Assembly (NCBI GenBank): GCA_051652765.1
Contig: JBOFUV010000007.1
Span: 1 to 64,000, forward strand
DNA length: 64,000 nucleotides
Reading direction: 5' to 3'
DNA from: Microcoleaceae cyanobacterium
Lineage (GTDB): Bacteria; Cyanobacteriota; Cyanobacteriia; Cyanobacteriales; Microcoleaceae
Position numbers and translations under genes: made by a program
Part shown: one piece after another, positions 19,513-29,355 of the stretch
How positions within the stretch are numbered: the first letter of the stretch is position 1
Layout of the letters: each line of letters starts with the position of its first letter
Notes under the pieces: generated by a model
The model's input: only the letters and a program-made list of their open reading frames with translations
What the model was told of the DNA's origin: nothing
Databases searched by the model: none

Positions 19513-20868
19513 ATGAGTAACCTGTCTCGACGTAAATTCATGCTCACTGCGGGGGCTACTGCTGCCGGAACCCTGATTCTCCATGGGTGTACTTCAAGCA
19601 CAACCAACACGCAAAGCCAACAGGCTCCTGCCTCTCCTGAAGCCACGGCAAGTCCTACTGGAACTCCAGCCCCCGTTGCGGCGGGAGACGCTCCTGAAGT
19701 CACAACTGCAAAACTGGGGTTTATCGCCCTGACGGATTCTGCTCCCCTGATTATTGCTCAAGAGAAGGGGATGTATGCTAAGTATGGGATGCCTGATGTA
19801 GAGGTCACAAAGCAAGCCTCTTGGGGAACAAGCCGCGATAACTTGGTGCTGGGTTCTGCTGGAGGAGGTATTGATGGAGCACACATTCTCTCCCCAATGC
19901 CCTATCTGATTGCGAATGGCAATGTCGTTACTGGGGGAACGAAGCTCCCCATGTATATATTGGCCCGATTGAACACAAACGGTCAAGGCATCCAACTCTC
20001 GAATGAATACAAGGATCTACAAATTGGTTTGGATAGTGCTCCGCTCAAAGCAGCATTTGAAGCCAAGAAAGCAACGACCCCTGACATTAAATGTGCTGTG
20101 ACCTTTCCAGGGGGAACCCACGATATGTGGATGCGTTACTGGCTAGCAGCGGGTGGGATTAATCCTGATACAGACATTTCTACGATTATCGTCCCTCCAC
20201 CCCAGATGGTGTCCAACCTGAAAGTTGGCGCAATGGAGGGCTTCTGCGTAGGTGAACCCTGGCCATTGCAGACTCTGAACCAGGATATTGGCTATAGCGC
20301 AGTAACAACGGGTGAAATCTGGAAAGACCATCCTGAAAAGGCATTTACAATGCGAGCCGACTGGGTCGATCAACATCCTAAAGCAACAAAAGCCCTATTG
20401 ATGGCCGTCCTGGAAGCTCAACAATGGTGTGATGCCGATGAGAACAAAGCTGAAATGTGCGAAATCCTAGCCAAACGGGAATGGTTTAAGGTTCCGGTAG
20501 AAGACATTCTGGATCGGTCTCAAGGCAAGTTCAACCTTGGTGTCCGAACCCTCACCGAGGCTGAAGGCATGAGTCTAATGCAGAAATATTGGCGGGATAA
20601 TGCCTCCTATCCCTATAAGAGCCACGATTTGTGGTTCCTAACTGAAAATATTCGTTGGGGGTATTTGCCACCGGATACAGATACCAAAGCCTTGGTCGAT
20701 GTAGTCAACCGAGAAGATTTGTGGAAAGAAGCAGCCAAGGCGATTGGTCAAGAAGCGGCGATTCCAGCGAGTTCCTCCCGTGGCGTAGAAACCTTCTTTG
20801 ATGGTGTGAAATTTGATCCTGAAAACCCGACTGAATACTTAAATGCTCTAGCCATTAAGAAGATTTAG
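19513..20868 (+). CDS. nrtA: Nitrate/nitrite ABC transporter substrate-binding lipoprotein
   Basis: SRRKF Tat motif, LHGC lipobox, PEVTTAKLGFIALTD, KDHPEK (NrtA-type Lys). Confidence 0.93.
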   Translation: MSNLSRRKFMLTAGATAAGTLILHGCTSSTTNTQSQQAPASPEATASPTGTPAPVAAGDAPEVTTAKLGFIALTDSAPLIIAQEKGMYAKYGMPDVEVTKQASWGTSRDNLVLGSAGGGIDGAHILSPMPYLIANGNVVTGGTKLPMYILARLNTNGQGIQLSNEYKDLQIGLDSAPLKAAFEAKKATTPDIKCAVTFPGGTHDMWMRYWLAAGGINPDTDISTIIVPPPQMVSNLKVGAMEGFCVGEPWPLQTLNQDIGYSAVTTGEIWKDHPEKAFTMRADWVDQHPKATKALLMAVLEAQQWCDADENKAEMCEILAKREWFKVPVEDILDRSQGKFNLGVRTLTEAEGMSLMQKYWRDNASYPYKSHDLWFLTENIRWGYLPPDTDTKALVDVVNREDLWKEAAKAIGQEAAIPASSSRGVETFFDGVKFDPENPTEYLNALAIKKI

Positions 20869-20963
20869 AGCCCTTCATCCTTCGTCCCTTTCTAACCAGA
20901 GAAAGCTCTTGAGATGACATCGACTGAACCCTGATTGTTTGTTCCTCATTCAACGTTGAACCT

Positions 20964-21797
20964 ATGACTGCTAGTACCCTTTCCCGTAAACAAACCGCTC
21001 CTCCGAAGTGGCTTCGGTCTATTCAGACCTCGGCTCGAAAGTTTCTGACTTCGGCAGTTGCAATTCTCGTTTTATTGGCAATCTGGCAAATTTTGTGCAT
21101 GGGAAAAGATGCACCACTGCCCACTCCCATTGAAGTCTTGCAAGATACCTGGGAACTGATTATCAATCCATTCTTTGACAATGGAGGTACGGATAAAGGA
21201 TTATTTTGGCAAATTCTGGCTAGCTTGAAGCGGGTTGCCGTTGGATTTACCCTATCCGCCATTGTGGGGATTTCTGTGGGGATGATCATTGGGACAAGTC
21301 CTGTGATTTACGACGCTCTTGATCCAATTTTTCAGGTATTGAGAACGGTTCCTCCCTTGGCTTGGCTGCCGATTTCTCTGGCCGCATTTCAAGACAGTGA
21401 ACCCTCAGCCATTTTTGTAATTTTTGTAACGGCAATTTGGCCGATTCTGATCAACACGGCGGTTGGAGCACAGCAGGTTCCTCAGGACTACAAAAACGTG
21501 GCCCGTGTCTTGAAGCTACCCCGCCATAAGTACTTCACCAAGGTTCTGTTTCCAGCAACCGTTCCCTATGTATTTACTGGATTACGGATTGGGATTGGCC
21601 TATCCTGGCTGGCGATTGTGGCAGCGGAAATGTTGATTGGGGGCGTAGGGATTGGTTTCTTCATTTGGGATGCCTGGAACAGTTCCCTGATCAGTGAAAT
21701 TATTCTGGCCTTGGTTTATGTCGGAATTGTGGGCTTGTTGCTAGACAAGATGGTAGCTGGCATTGCGCGGTTTTTTGTTCCAGAGGATCCGAAGTAA
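20964..21797 (+). CDS. nrtB: Nitrate ABC transporter permease
   Basis: PFFDNGGTDKGLFWQ, VLRTVPPLAWLP, WLAIVAAEM. Confidence 0.93.
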   Translation: MTASTLSRKQTAPPKWLRSIQTSARKFLTSAVAILVLLAIWQILCMGKDAPLPTPIEVLQDTWELIINPFFDNGGTDKGLFWQILASLKRVAVGFTLSAIVGISVGMIIGTSPVIYDALDPIFQVLRTVPPLAWLPISLAAFQDSEPSAIFVIFVTAIWPILINTAVGAQQVPQDYKNVARVLKLPRHKYFTKVLFPATVPYVFTGLRIGIGLSWLAIVAAEMLIGGVGIGFFIWDAWNSSLISEIILALVYVGIVGLLLDKMVAGIARFFVPEDPK

Positions 21798-21898
21798 AAG
21801 CTTAGAATTCTTAGCGTTGAGGATAGGTTTTATCGCTGAACCTTCCTCTATACCTGAGTTGCAAATGACTCTTTCTTACACCCTACTCTCCAACCACT

Positions 21899-23899
21899 AT
21901 GTCTGCCTTCATTGAAATTGACCACGTTGATAAAGTTTTTCCGCTAGCCAATGGGGATTGTTACATCGCCCTCAAGGGAATCGAATTAAAGATTAAAAAA
22001 GGCGAATTTGTTTCCTTGATTGGTCACTCGGGCTGTGGCAAATCGACCTTGTTAAATATGATTTCGGGCTTGGATCGACCGACTCGGGGAGGGGTGATCC
22101 TGGAGGGCAAAGAGGTGAGAGAACCTGGTCCCGATCGAATGGTGGTCTTTCAGAACTACTCTCTCCTGCCCTGGCTAACCGTACGCGAGAATATTGCCCT
22201 GGCAGTGGATGAGGTATTTCAGGAATTGCCCAAGGGTGAACGACGCAGCATTGTCGAACATAATATTAATCAGGTTGGCCTCAGACATGCTGCTAGCAAG
22301 CGCCCAAGCCAATTATCCGGGGGGATGAAACAGCGGGTGGCGATCGCCCGTGCCCTAGCTCTCCGTCCGAAAGTGCTACTTCTTGATGAACCCTTTGGTG
22401 CGTTGGATGCTCTCACCCGAGGGAACTTGCAGGAACGCTTGATGGAAATCGTGCAGGAAAGTCACGTTACCACGGTGATGGTGACCCACGATGTTGATGA
22501 AGCGTTGTTGCTCTCCGATCGAATTGTGATGCTGACCACTGGCCCTGAAGCTCACATCGGTCAAATCTTAGAAGTTTCGATTCCTCGCCCGCGTCATCGC
22601 CTAGAGGTTGTGAATCATCCGAGTTACTATGCCCTGCGGAACGAAATGGTCTACTTCCTCAACCAACAAAAGCGCTCGAAGAAAGTTGGGCAAGTTTCCC
22701 ATGTTGCTCTTGCTAACCATGGGTTAGAGAAAGTCAACTTAGAACTTGGGTTCATTCCGTTGACAGATTGTGCTCCCCTGGTTGTTGCCCTGGAAAAAGG
22801 GTTTTTCAAGGAGGTGGGACTTGATCAAGTGACGCTGAGTCGAGAGCCGAGTTGGAAGGCGCTCGCTCAAGGGGTTGTCTCTGGACGATTAGATGGGGCC
22901 CAAATGGTAGCTGCAATGCCCTTGAGCTTAACGGTTGGCGCAGGGAATAATCCCTCGGTTCCAACGGTAGCTTCAATGGTATTAAGTCGTAACGGGAATG
23001 CCATTACCTTGAGCAAGTCCTTTCAAGCCTTGGGTGTTCAGAGCTTAAATGACCTCAAGGGTGCTTTGGAAGGAATGCCGGATCGCGTTCATACCTTTGG
23101 CATGGTGCATCCTGCTTCGATGCACAACTTACTGCTGCGGTATTGGTTGGCCTCGGGTGGTATTGATCCGGATCAGGATGTGGGTCTCACCGTTGTGCCT
23201 CCGCCTCAGATGGTGGCGAATCTCAAAGCCGGAAATATTGATGGCTACTGTGTGGGAGAGCCCTGGAACTCCCGTGCGGTTCAAGAAGGTTTGGGCTATG
23301 TGATTGCCACTGACCTGGATATTTGGCCCGGTCATCCAGAAAAAGTGTTGGGGGTGCGGGAAGACTGGGTGATGAAATATCCCGAAACCCACATTGCCCT
23401 GTTGAGAGCCCTATTGCTCGCTTGTCAATATTGTGATGATCGACGCAATCGTGAAGAAATTCTAGAGCTGTTATGTCGGCCACAGTACGTGGGTTCAGCC
23501 TCAGAATATACTCGACCTGGGTTTATTGATCCCTATAATCGGGGGACAGGTGCAGAGCCAGAACAACTCTTGCGGTTCAATCAGTTCTATGTCGATCGAA
23601 CAAACTGGCCAAACCGGGCGGAAGGATTATGGATTCTAACCCAGTTGGCACGTTGGGGATATATTCCCTTTCCCCGCAATTGGGTCGAAGTCTTGGAGCG
23701 GGTGCGTCGCCCAGATTTGTTTGGAGAAGCTTGTCGTCAACTGGGTTTACCTGATGTTGAACCGGATCGCCAGAATTTGACCTTGTTTGATCGGATGGTC
23801 TTCTCGCCAGATGATCCGATTGGGTATTTAGAACGGTTTACGATTCGTCGTGAATTTAGCGTGTCAGAGATTATGTTAGGCCAGCCTGCTATCAGGTAA
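21899..23899 (+). CDS. nrtC: Nitrate ABC ATPase with C-terminal NrtA-like regulatory domain
   Basis: GHSGCGKST ABC domain fused to a LGFIPLTDCAPL domain. Confidence 0.93.
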   Translation: MSAFIEIDHVDKVFPLANGDCYIALKGIELKIKKGEFVSLIGHSGCGKSTLLNMISGLDRPTRGGVILEGKEVREPGPDRMVVFQNYSLLPWLTVRENIALAVDEVFQELPKGERRSIVEHNINQVGLRHAASKRPSQLSGGMKQRVAIARALALRPKVLLLDEPFGALDALTRGNLQERLMEIVQESHVTTVMVTHDVDEALLLSDRIVMLTTGPEAHIGQILEVSIPRPRHRLEVVNHPSYYALRNEMVYFLNQQKRSKKVGQVSHVALANHGLEKVNLELGFIPLTDCAPLVVALEKGFFKEVGLDQVTLSREPSWKALAQGVVSGRLDGAQMVAAMPLSLTVGAGNNPSVPTVASMVLSRNGNAITLSKSFQALGVQSLNDLKGALEGMPDRVHTFGMVHPASMHNLLLRYWLASGGIDPDQDVGLTVVPPPQMVANLKAGNIDGYCVGEPWNSRAVQEGLGYVIATDLDIWPGHPEKVLGVREDWVMKYPETHIALLRALLLACQYCDDRRNREEILELLCRPQYVGSASEYTRPGFIDPYNRGTGAEPEQLLRFNQFYVDRTNWPNRAEGLWILTQLARWGYIPFPRNWVEVLERVRRPDLFGEACRQLGLPDVEPDRQNLTLFDRMVFSPDDPIGYLERFTIRREFSVSEIMLGQPAIR

Positions 23900-23950
23900 C
23901 AGCTTAGCTCCCAAATTGTTTTCATCCTTCACTTCAAACCACGCACTCCT

Positions 23951-24970
23951 ATGCAAACTCTAGCCAAATCTGAAAAAAAGCCTTTCACTGAAAATCAGCC
24001 GTTCCTGTCAATTGATCAGGTGACCAAGGTTTATCCTACGCCAAACGGAACTTATCCAGTTTTAGATGGCATTGACCTCACAATTCAGGAAGGGGAATTT
24101 GTTTGTTTAATTGGTCACTCGGGCTGTGGCAAATCCACGTTGCTGAACATGGTGTCTGGATTTAATCGGCCCACCGAGGGGGAAGTTCGTCTCAAAGGAC
24201 AGATGGTGACTGAACCCGGCCCTGACCGGATGATGGTGTTCCAGAATTATTGCTTGTTACCTTGGTGTTCAGCCTATGACAACGTGTATTTGGGGGTTGA
24301 CTCTGTTTATCCGGACAAGTCCGAAGCCGAAAAGGTCGCCATTGTAGAAGAACACTTGGCAATGGTTGGTCTCACAGAGGCGAAGCACAAAAAACCTGGG
24401 CAACTGTCTGGCGGCATGAAACAACGGGTGGCGATCGCCCGTGCCTTGGCCATTCGTCCTCAGATTTTGATCCTAGATGAACCGTTTGGGGCACTGGATG
24501 CGATTACGAAAGAAGAAATGCAAGAAGAGCTGCTCAAAATCTGGCACGATCATCACTTAACGGTACTGATGATTACCCACGACATTGATGAAGCTTTGTT
24601 CCTCGCCGATCGGTTGGTGATGATGACCAATGGCCCTGCCGCAAAAATCGGAGAAATTCTGACGATTCCGTTTCCTCGTCCTCGGGTTCGTTCCCGGATT
24701 ATTGAAGATCCTGTCTACTATGAGATGCGGAACCAAGCTCTAGACTTCCTGTATCATCGTCATGCTCACTCCGAAGAGCCAACAGAGACAACCGTAGACG
24801 CAAAAGAGTTCACATTGCCTCCCTGGGGTGAGCGATTATTAAAAGTAGTTGCAGGTGCTGGTGTATTAGCCGCCATTGGGTTAACGGGTTGGGTCATGTC
24901 TCAAACCATGCGTCCCACGGCTGAGTCTCTTGCAGCTCCCCGAACGGCAACTGAGCAGCTAGCCCAGTAA
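23951..24970 (+). CDS. nrtD: Nitrate ABC ATPase with hydrophobic C-terminal extension
   Basis: GHSGCGKST, LSGGMKQR, DEPFGALD; fourth gene of the operon. Confidence 0.92.
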   Translation: MQTLAKSEKKPFTENQPFLSIDQVTKVYPTPNGTYPVLDGIDLTIQEGEFVCLIGHSGCGKSTLLNMVSGFNRPTEGEVRLKGQMVTEPGPDRMMVFQNYCLLPWCSAYDNVYLGVDSVYPDKSEAEKVAIVEEHLAMVGLTEAKHKKPGQLSGGMKQRVAIARALAIRPQILILDEPFGALDAITKEEMQEELLKIWHDHHLTVLMITHDIDEALFLADRLVMMTNGPAAKIGEILTIPFPRPRVRSRIIEDPVYYEMRNQALDFLYHRHAHSEEPTETTVDAKEFTLPPWGERLLKVVAGAGVLAAIGLTGWVMSQTMRPTAESLAAPRTATEQLAQ

Positions 24971-25103
24971 TTGGCCCGATCGTTATACCAGGTCGTTATA
25001 CCAAATCCTATCGCCAAAGCAACATTACACCTCTCGCCTACGACACCTTCCCTGACCAAGGAGAAGGTAGGAGAGATGGCTTGAATTCACAACCCTGCTG
25101 ATT

Positions 25104-25742
25104 TCAGCCTTGAACGTGAGCAGGGTTGTGTTTTACGGGGGAATTAATGGGGGCTGAAAGCACTTGGGCGAGTAACTCTAAGGTTCGGCGATCGCTCACC
25201 ATCCAAGCATGATAGGGGACATTAACCTGAAAATTCTGACCCACAGGCATTTGAGAACTCTTTGCAGGGATGATCATGGCATCAAATGGTGTCCAAATCG
25301 AGGTAAACTTGATCTGGTTTAACATCTCTACATCTCGATTGAGATCGTTGAGGAACTCGCACTTAGGGCACATTTGCCATCCCCCTGGCGTGGGATAAAA
25401 ATGGGCAACTTGGGTTCCGTGGTGGGGTGAAGAAATTGTAACGAATCGCTGCACTCGTTTAATTCCACCTAAACGTTGGACATAGTAGCGGCTGACAATT
25501 CCTCCCATGCTGAAACCGACTAAATCGAAGGGTTGATCTGGGGAAAAGTTTTTGGAAACATAGTGTTCAAGTTGGTTTGCCAGTTTGTCTAGCCCGGAGA
25601 ATCCTGTGTTGGGGGACAAGTTAAAACTGTGAGCCTCCCAACCTTGATTCTGGAGATAATTAGACATTCTGCGGAAAATGGTCGTTGTATCAAAAATCCC
25701 GTGGATTAACAGAACAGGGTTACAAGTATCTGGAGCAGACAT
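25104..25742 (-). CDS. Alpha/beta-hydrolase lipase (lipase class 2-like)
   Basis: PVLLIHG, GFSMGG nucleophile elbow, SPHHGT. Confidence 0.9.
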   Translation of the reverse strand: MSAPDTCNPVLLIHGIFDTTTIFRRMSNYLQNQGWEAHSFNLSPNTGFSGLDKLANQLEHYVSKNFSPDQPFDLVGFSMGGIVSRYYVQRLGGIKRVQRFVTISSPHHGTQVAHFYPTPGGWQMCPKCEFLNDLNRDVEMLNQIKFTSIWTPFDAMIIPAKSSQMPVGQNFQVNVPYHAWMVSDRRTLELLAQVLSAPINSPVKHNPAHVQG

Positions 25743-26053
25743 TGATATTTAACTGACACTAAGAAGAGGATGAGTTCCAGCATAAACGAATGTTTGAAAA
25801 GTCCACAAAATTTTAGGACACCTTCGGAGTTGGCTCTCTCTGAAAAACTTAGGGATCAGCAACAATTCTGAGAACATCGTAAATAAGTGTAAACACTGAA
25901 CAAACATTGCCTTAACTTTCCAAGACTTTAGGAGTTAATCCAGTCTAGAATATGAACTTTTATGAAAAAATGTAGACAAACCTTTCGCTCCCCTTTAATT
26001 TACTAATTAAGTCAAAAATTAATAATGTTTTTTAAAAAAGGTAGGATAGAAAT

Positions 26054-26449
26054 ATGTTGGGAATAGGAAAAATTTTCGGGTTGGGCAAGGAAAAGAAGTC
26101 TGAGTACTTTTTGGATCTTGATGAAGTTGTATCCCAGAAGACTGCCAAGTCAGCTCCTCCGGCTGAGGTATCTAAGGCTCCTGAGACTGAGGTAGCTCCT
26201 GCAAAAGCAGAGAAAAAAGCGAAGAAAACCTCCATCAAGGAAGCCAAAGCCAAGCAAGCAGAAGCTACTCCTGCAACTCCAGCTACTCCCAAAGTACTGC
26301 CGCCCTTGAATAACGGTGTAACTCCTACTCCAGCCGGGATGACTTTTTCAACAGACTATTTGGTTCAACAACCTACGGGGAGCCGTCGCCGTCCCGGCCC
26401 CAGTTTAGATATGTTCAAGGGGATGGCCCGTCAAGTCGGACGACGTTAG
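26054..26449 (+). CDS. Conserved cyanobacterial low-complexity (Ala/Lys/Pro) hypothetical protein
   Basis: AGGA SD; N-terminal YFLDLDE and C-terminal RRRPGPSLDMFKGMARQV blocks. Confidence 0.8.
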   Translation: MLGIGKIFGLGKEKKSEYFLDLDEVVSQKTAKSAPPAEVSKAPETEVAPAKAEKKAKKTSIKEAKAKQAEATPATPATPKVLPPLNNGVTPTPAGMTFSTDYLVQQPTGSRRRPGPSLDMFKGMARQVGRR

Positions 26450-26500
26450 CTCATTTTGTCATAGTAGCCTTGCTTAGATTTTAGATCACTGAGAATAGCG

Positions 26501-26548
26501 TTTCAGGCGTTGCTGAGTGGCAGAATCGCACTGCTGCAACGCCTGAAA
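26501..26548. repeat. REP-like inverted repeat / probable terminator
   Basis: TTTCAGGCGTTGC ... GCAACGCCTGAAA, perfect 13-bp arms. Confidence 0.8.
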
Positions 26549-26687
26549 TAGAATACATGAGCCTTAAAGCACTGGCCTTAAGGCTTCTACAGTATTGTGT
26601 AAAATCTGGTTCCTAATACTTTTTTTAAGCCTCTTTCAAGCATCTTTCAGGCATCGCAGTTGGTTTTATGAGTGTGGCCTGATCTTC

Positions 26688-26779
26688 TACAGCATTTCCC
26701 GGCTGGCAAGGTTACTCGGCCCTTGCCTACAAGAGGCTTGAGCCCCTGACGTATACCTCACCAACCTGAGAATGATGTA
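26688..26779. mobile_element. Degenerate MITE-like element with TACA...TGTA ends
   Basis: 25-bp imperfect TIRs (18/25 matches by hand). Confidence 0.55.
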
Positions 26780-26819
26780 AACCGGTCAGATTTTTCTAAT
26801 GTGACAGGTTTTAGATCAA

Positions 26820-27379
26820 TTAGATCAAGAAATCTACTTCTGTGATTGTGATCACGGAGCCACCTTGCCCATTCAAAGTCACAATCGTTTCCGTATAGTC
26901 AGGGATTCCCTCTCCAGGAACACCTTCGTTCACAGCACTGATGGTGACCCGAGATGTCCCGTTGCCTGTAATAATCAGTTCTTCAAAACCGAGAAACTCA
27001 TACTCAAGGAAGTCGGTACCATCCTGGAAATCAGTGACGATGTCGCCCACGGGTTCTGGTAGCACGGGTTCTGGTGGGAATGAAGGCTCAACAGGTTCTA
27101 ACACAAAGCCTGTGCTTGTCAAGACAAATAAGTCAGCGTCAGCACCACCAGTCAGCGTATCAGCAGCAGTTTGGTTTTCTCCATCTTCGCCGCCACCAAA
27201 GAGAAGGTCAAAGCCCGCACCACCACGGATGAGATCGGCCTCTGCGCCGCCATCCAGATAGTCATTGCCAAGGCCACCCAGAAAGATATCGTTGCCGTTA
27301 CCACCATCAATAGAATCGGCTCCGCCAAAAATTACGCCTGCTGAGTCATCGCCGTATAGCCGGTTATTGATTGACTCTT
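26820..27379 (-). pseudogene. 5'-truncated RTX (hemolysin-type Ca-binding) protein fragment
   Basis: GGNGND, GGLGNDYLDGGAEADLIRGGAGFD, TDFQDGTD; no ATG or SD; the frame begins inside the neighbouring gene. Confidence 0.6.
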
Positions 27380-27580
27380 CTATTGGTTGGCCCTTGCCTC
27401 TTGAACGGCTGCCCAAAATAACACTATTCCCAGGGGAATACTCAGCAACAGAATCGCCCCGGTGACTGCACTACCCAACTCTGGAGCGCCAGAAGAGAGT
27501 TCAAATACTGAGCCGACGGCAGCGATCGCTGCAATACAAGAGCCCCCTAAAAACAAGCTACTCTTTGGTGTTCCAGCCAT
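27380..27580 (-). CDS. Small two-TM conserved cyanobacterial membrane protein (66 aa)
   Basis: AGG before the ATG; IAAIAAVGSVFELSSG block; follows def. Confidence 0.8.
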   Translation of the reverse strand: MAGTPKSSLFLGGSCIAAIAAVGSVFELSSGAPELGSAVTGAILLLSIPLGIVLFWAAVQEARANQ

Positions 27581-27620
27581 CCTAATCAATTCCCTTGATA
27601 AAAAATAATCCAATCAGCCA

Positions 27621-28187
27621 CTAGTGCTTAAAGGTTTGAACGGCTTTCGGGGAAAACTTGTGCTTGACCAGCTCTTCGGTCAATGCAAGCTGGTTATCCA
27701 CTCGATCAACAAACAGCACCCCATTCAAGTGATCCATCTCATGCTGGATGGCACGGGAAAGTAGTTCAGTGGCCTGAAGCGTTCGAGGTCGTCCAGTTTC
27801 ATCCTTGAAGGCGACTTCTATCATTTCAGGGCGGGTTACGTCCATGTAAACCCCAGGAATACTCAAACAGCCTTCTTGAAACGGCGATATATTCTTGCTA
27901 AATTTTTTAATGACTGGGTTAATTAACACCAGAGGAGGAGTTGCAGCATTCTCAGGGTCGCAGTCAATGACAATCAGTTGCTTATGAATCCCAACCTGGG
28001 GAGCAGCTAAGCCAATCCCATCAGCACTGTACATGGTTTGTAGCATTTCCCGAATCAGTTGCCGAGCTTCGTCATCAACCCGTGAAATTCGCTTGGCAGA
28101 CTGACGTAAAGCTCGATCCCCAAGGTAGTGTAACTTCAAGGGAGGATTCTCTAGCTTTTGCTTTTTGACTAGAACCTGAACCGTCAT
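27621..28187 (-). CDS. def: Peptide deformylase
   Basis: GIGLAAPQVG, EGCLSIP, QHEMDHL. Confidence 0.97.
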   Translation of the reverse strand: MTVQVLVKKQKLENPPLKLHYLGDRALRQSAKRISRVDDEARQLIREMLQTMYSADGIGLAAPQVGIHKQLIVIDCDPENAATPPLVLINPVIKKFSKNISPFQEGCLSIPGVYMDVTRPEMIEVAFKDETGRPRTLQATELLSRAIQHEMDHLNGVLFVDRVDNQLALTEELVKHKFSPKAVQTFKH

Positions 28188-28271
28188 TTTGGACAATTAA
28201 CCTATTATTTCTAGGACATCTTATTCAATTTTAAAGTATTTTTGCCAGATCTGGGAAAAGAAGACTTGGCC

Positions 28272-29201
28272 TCAGACTACTTTGGTTGCTTTAATCATGT
28301 GATAAGAAATGAGAAGTTGTGTCAAGGCCAAGGGATAGCTCTGAATCAATTCTCCAGTTGTCCCAATGACTTTGCCAAGCTCCTGATTGCCTGTACTACA
28401 GAAGTTTTTTAAGTTTGGGAACTCCTTACAGAGCAACATTTCTAACTCCGTTACTTCTCCAAGGGTAGCGTGGCTATCAATTTCTAGGACATCTACAGGT
28501 TTGCCCATATCCCGATCCAACCCCAAGCGCACGGCAGGAAACCGATTGTGATCGCCCTCCTCCAGAATATCTGTAAAATCAGGGTGAGGAATCGTCGGTC
28601 GCAACACTAACCTGACATTCAAGGCCGAGCCTTCAGTCGTATTATTGTTGGGGGGATAGAACGACACCACGACATCAGCCCACTTGCGTTGGGGACGAAT
28701 AAACTCTTCGGAATCAGGCTCTCGCTTGCAGAGTTCGCCTAATACTTGTTCTTCGCTATAGCCGCGTTTGAGGGTATCTCGCTTGACTTTCCATTGCGTC
28801 CGCAGGGGTTCTGGAGGAGCGAGATAAACTTTGACATCATAGGAATCTCTGGCTCCCCGAGTCGAATAGCCCAATAATCCTTCTACAATGACGAACCGAT
28901 TGGGCTTGATGTATTCAGGAGGCTCAAAACTGCCGGTTGAATGGCTATAAATCGGTTTTAGAATAGGCTGTCCAGTTTGCAACAATGTTAAATGCTGCTG
29001 CATGATATCTAAATAGTTAGCATCGGGGTGCAGCGCTGTAATCCCCACTTCTTTCCGTTGCTGGCGGTTATAGCGATGATAATCATCGGTACAAATTACG
29101 GTGACATTCTCTGGGCCTAAAACTTGGGCGATTCCTTTGGTTAACGTTGTCTTCCCAGCAGCACTATCTCCAACAATTCCTAAAATGATTGGGCGGTTCA
29201 T
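28272..29201 (-). CDS. Phosphoribulokinase-family protein (second PRK paralog)
   Basis: GIVGDSAAGKTT, ICTDDYH, WKVKRDTLKRGY, FIRPQRKWADVV. Confidence 0.85.
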   Translation of the reverse strand: MNRPIILGIVGDSAAGKTTLTKGIAQVLGPENVTVICTDDYHRYNRQQRKEVGITALHPDANYLDIMQQHLTLLQTGQPILKPIYSHSTGSFEPPEYIKPNRFVIVEGLLGYSTRGARDSYDVKVYLAPPEPLRTQWKVKRDTLKRGYSEEQVLGELCKREPDSEEFIRPQRKWADVVVSFYPPNNNTTEGSALNVRLVLRPTIPHPDFTDILEEGDHNRFPAVRLGLDRDMGKPVDVLEIDSHATLGEVTELEMLLCKEFPNLKNFCSTGNQELGKVIGTTGELIQSYPLALTQLLISYHMIKATKVV

Positions 29202-29355
29202 ATTTCCTCCCTGTCATGCAGATCAGCGGTGTAGTTACTCACTCTAGGGTATCCTGCCCCCAAAAAAAAGAGACCCTAGGCTCATAACTTTAGAATTCAT
29301 AACAATTTCCGCTTTAGATGCTTGCAAAGTTCTGAGGTTCCTCGGAAAAAAATAC

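Noticed and set aside
19513..24970. Bicarbonate transporter cmpABCD
   Set aside because: The binding protein has NrtA-type motifs (FIALTD, HPEK) and an NtcA-like box upstream.
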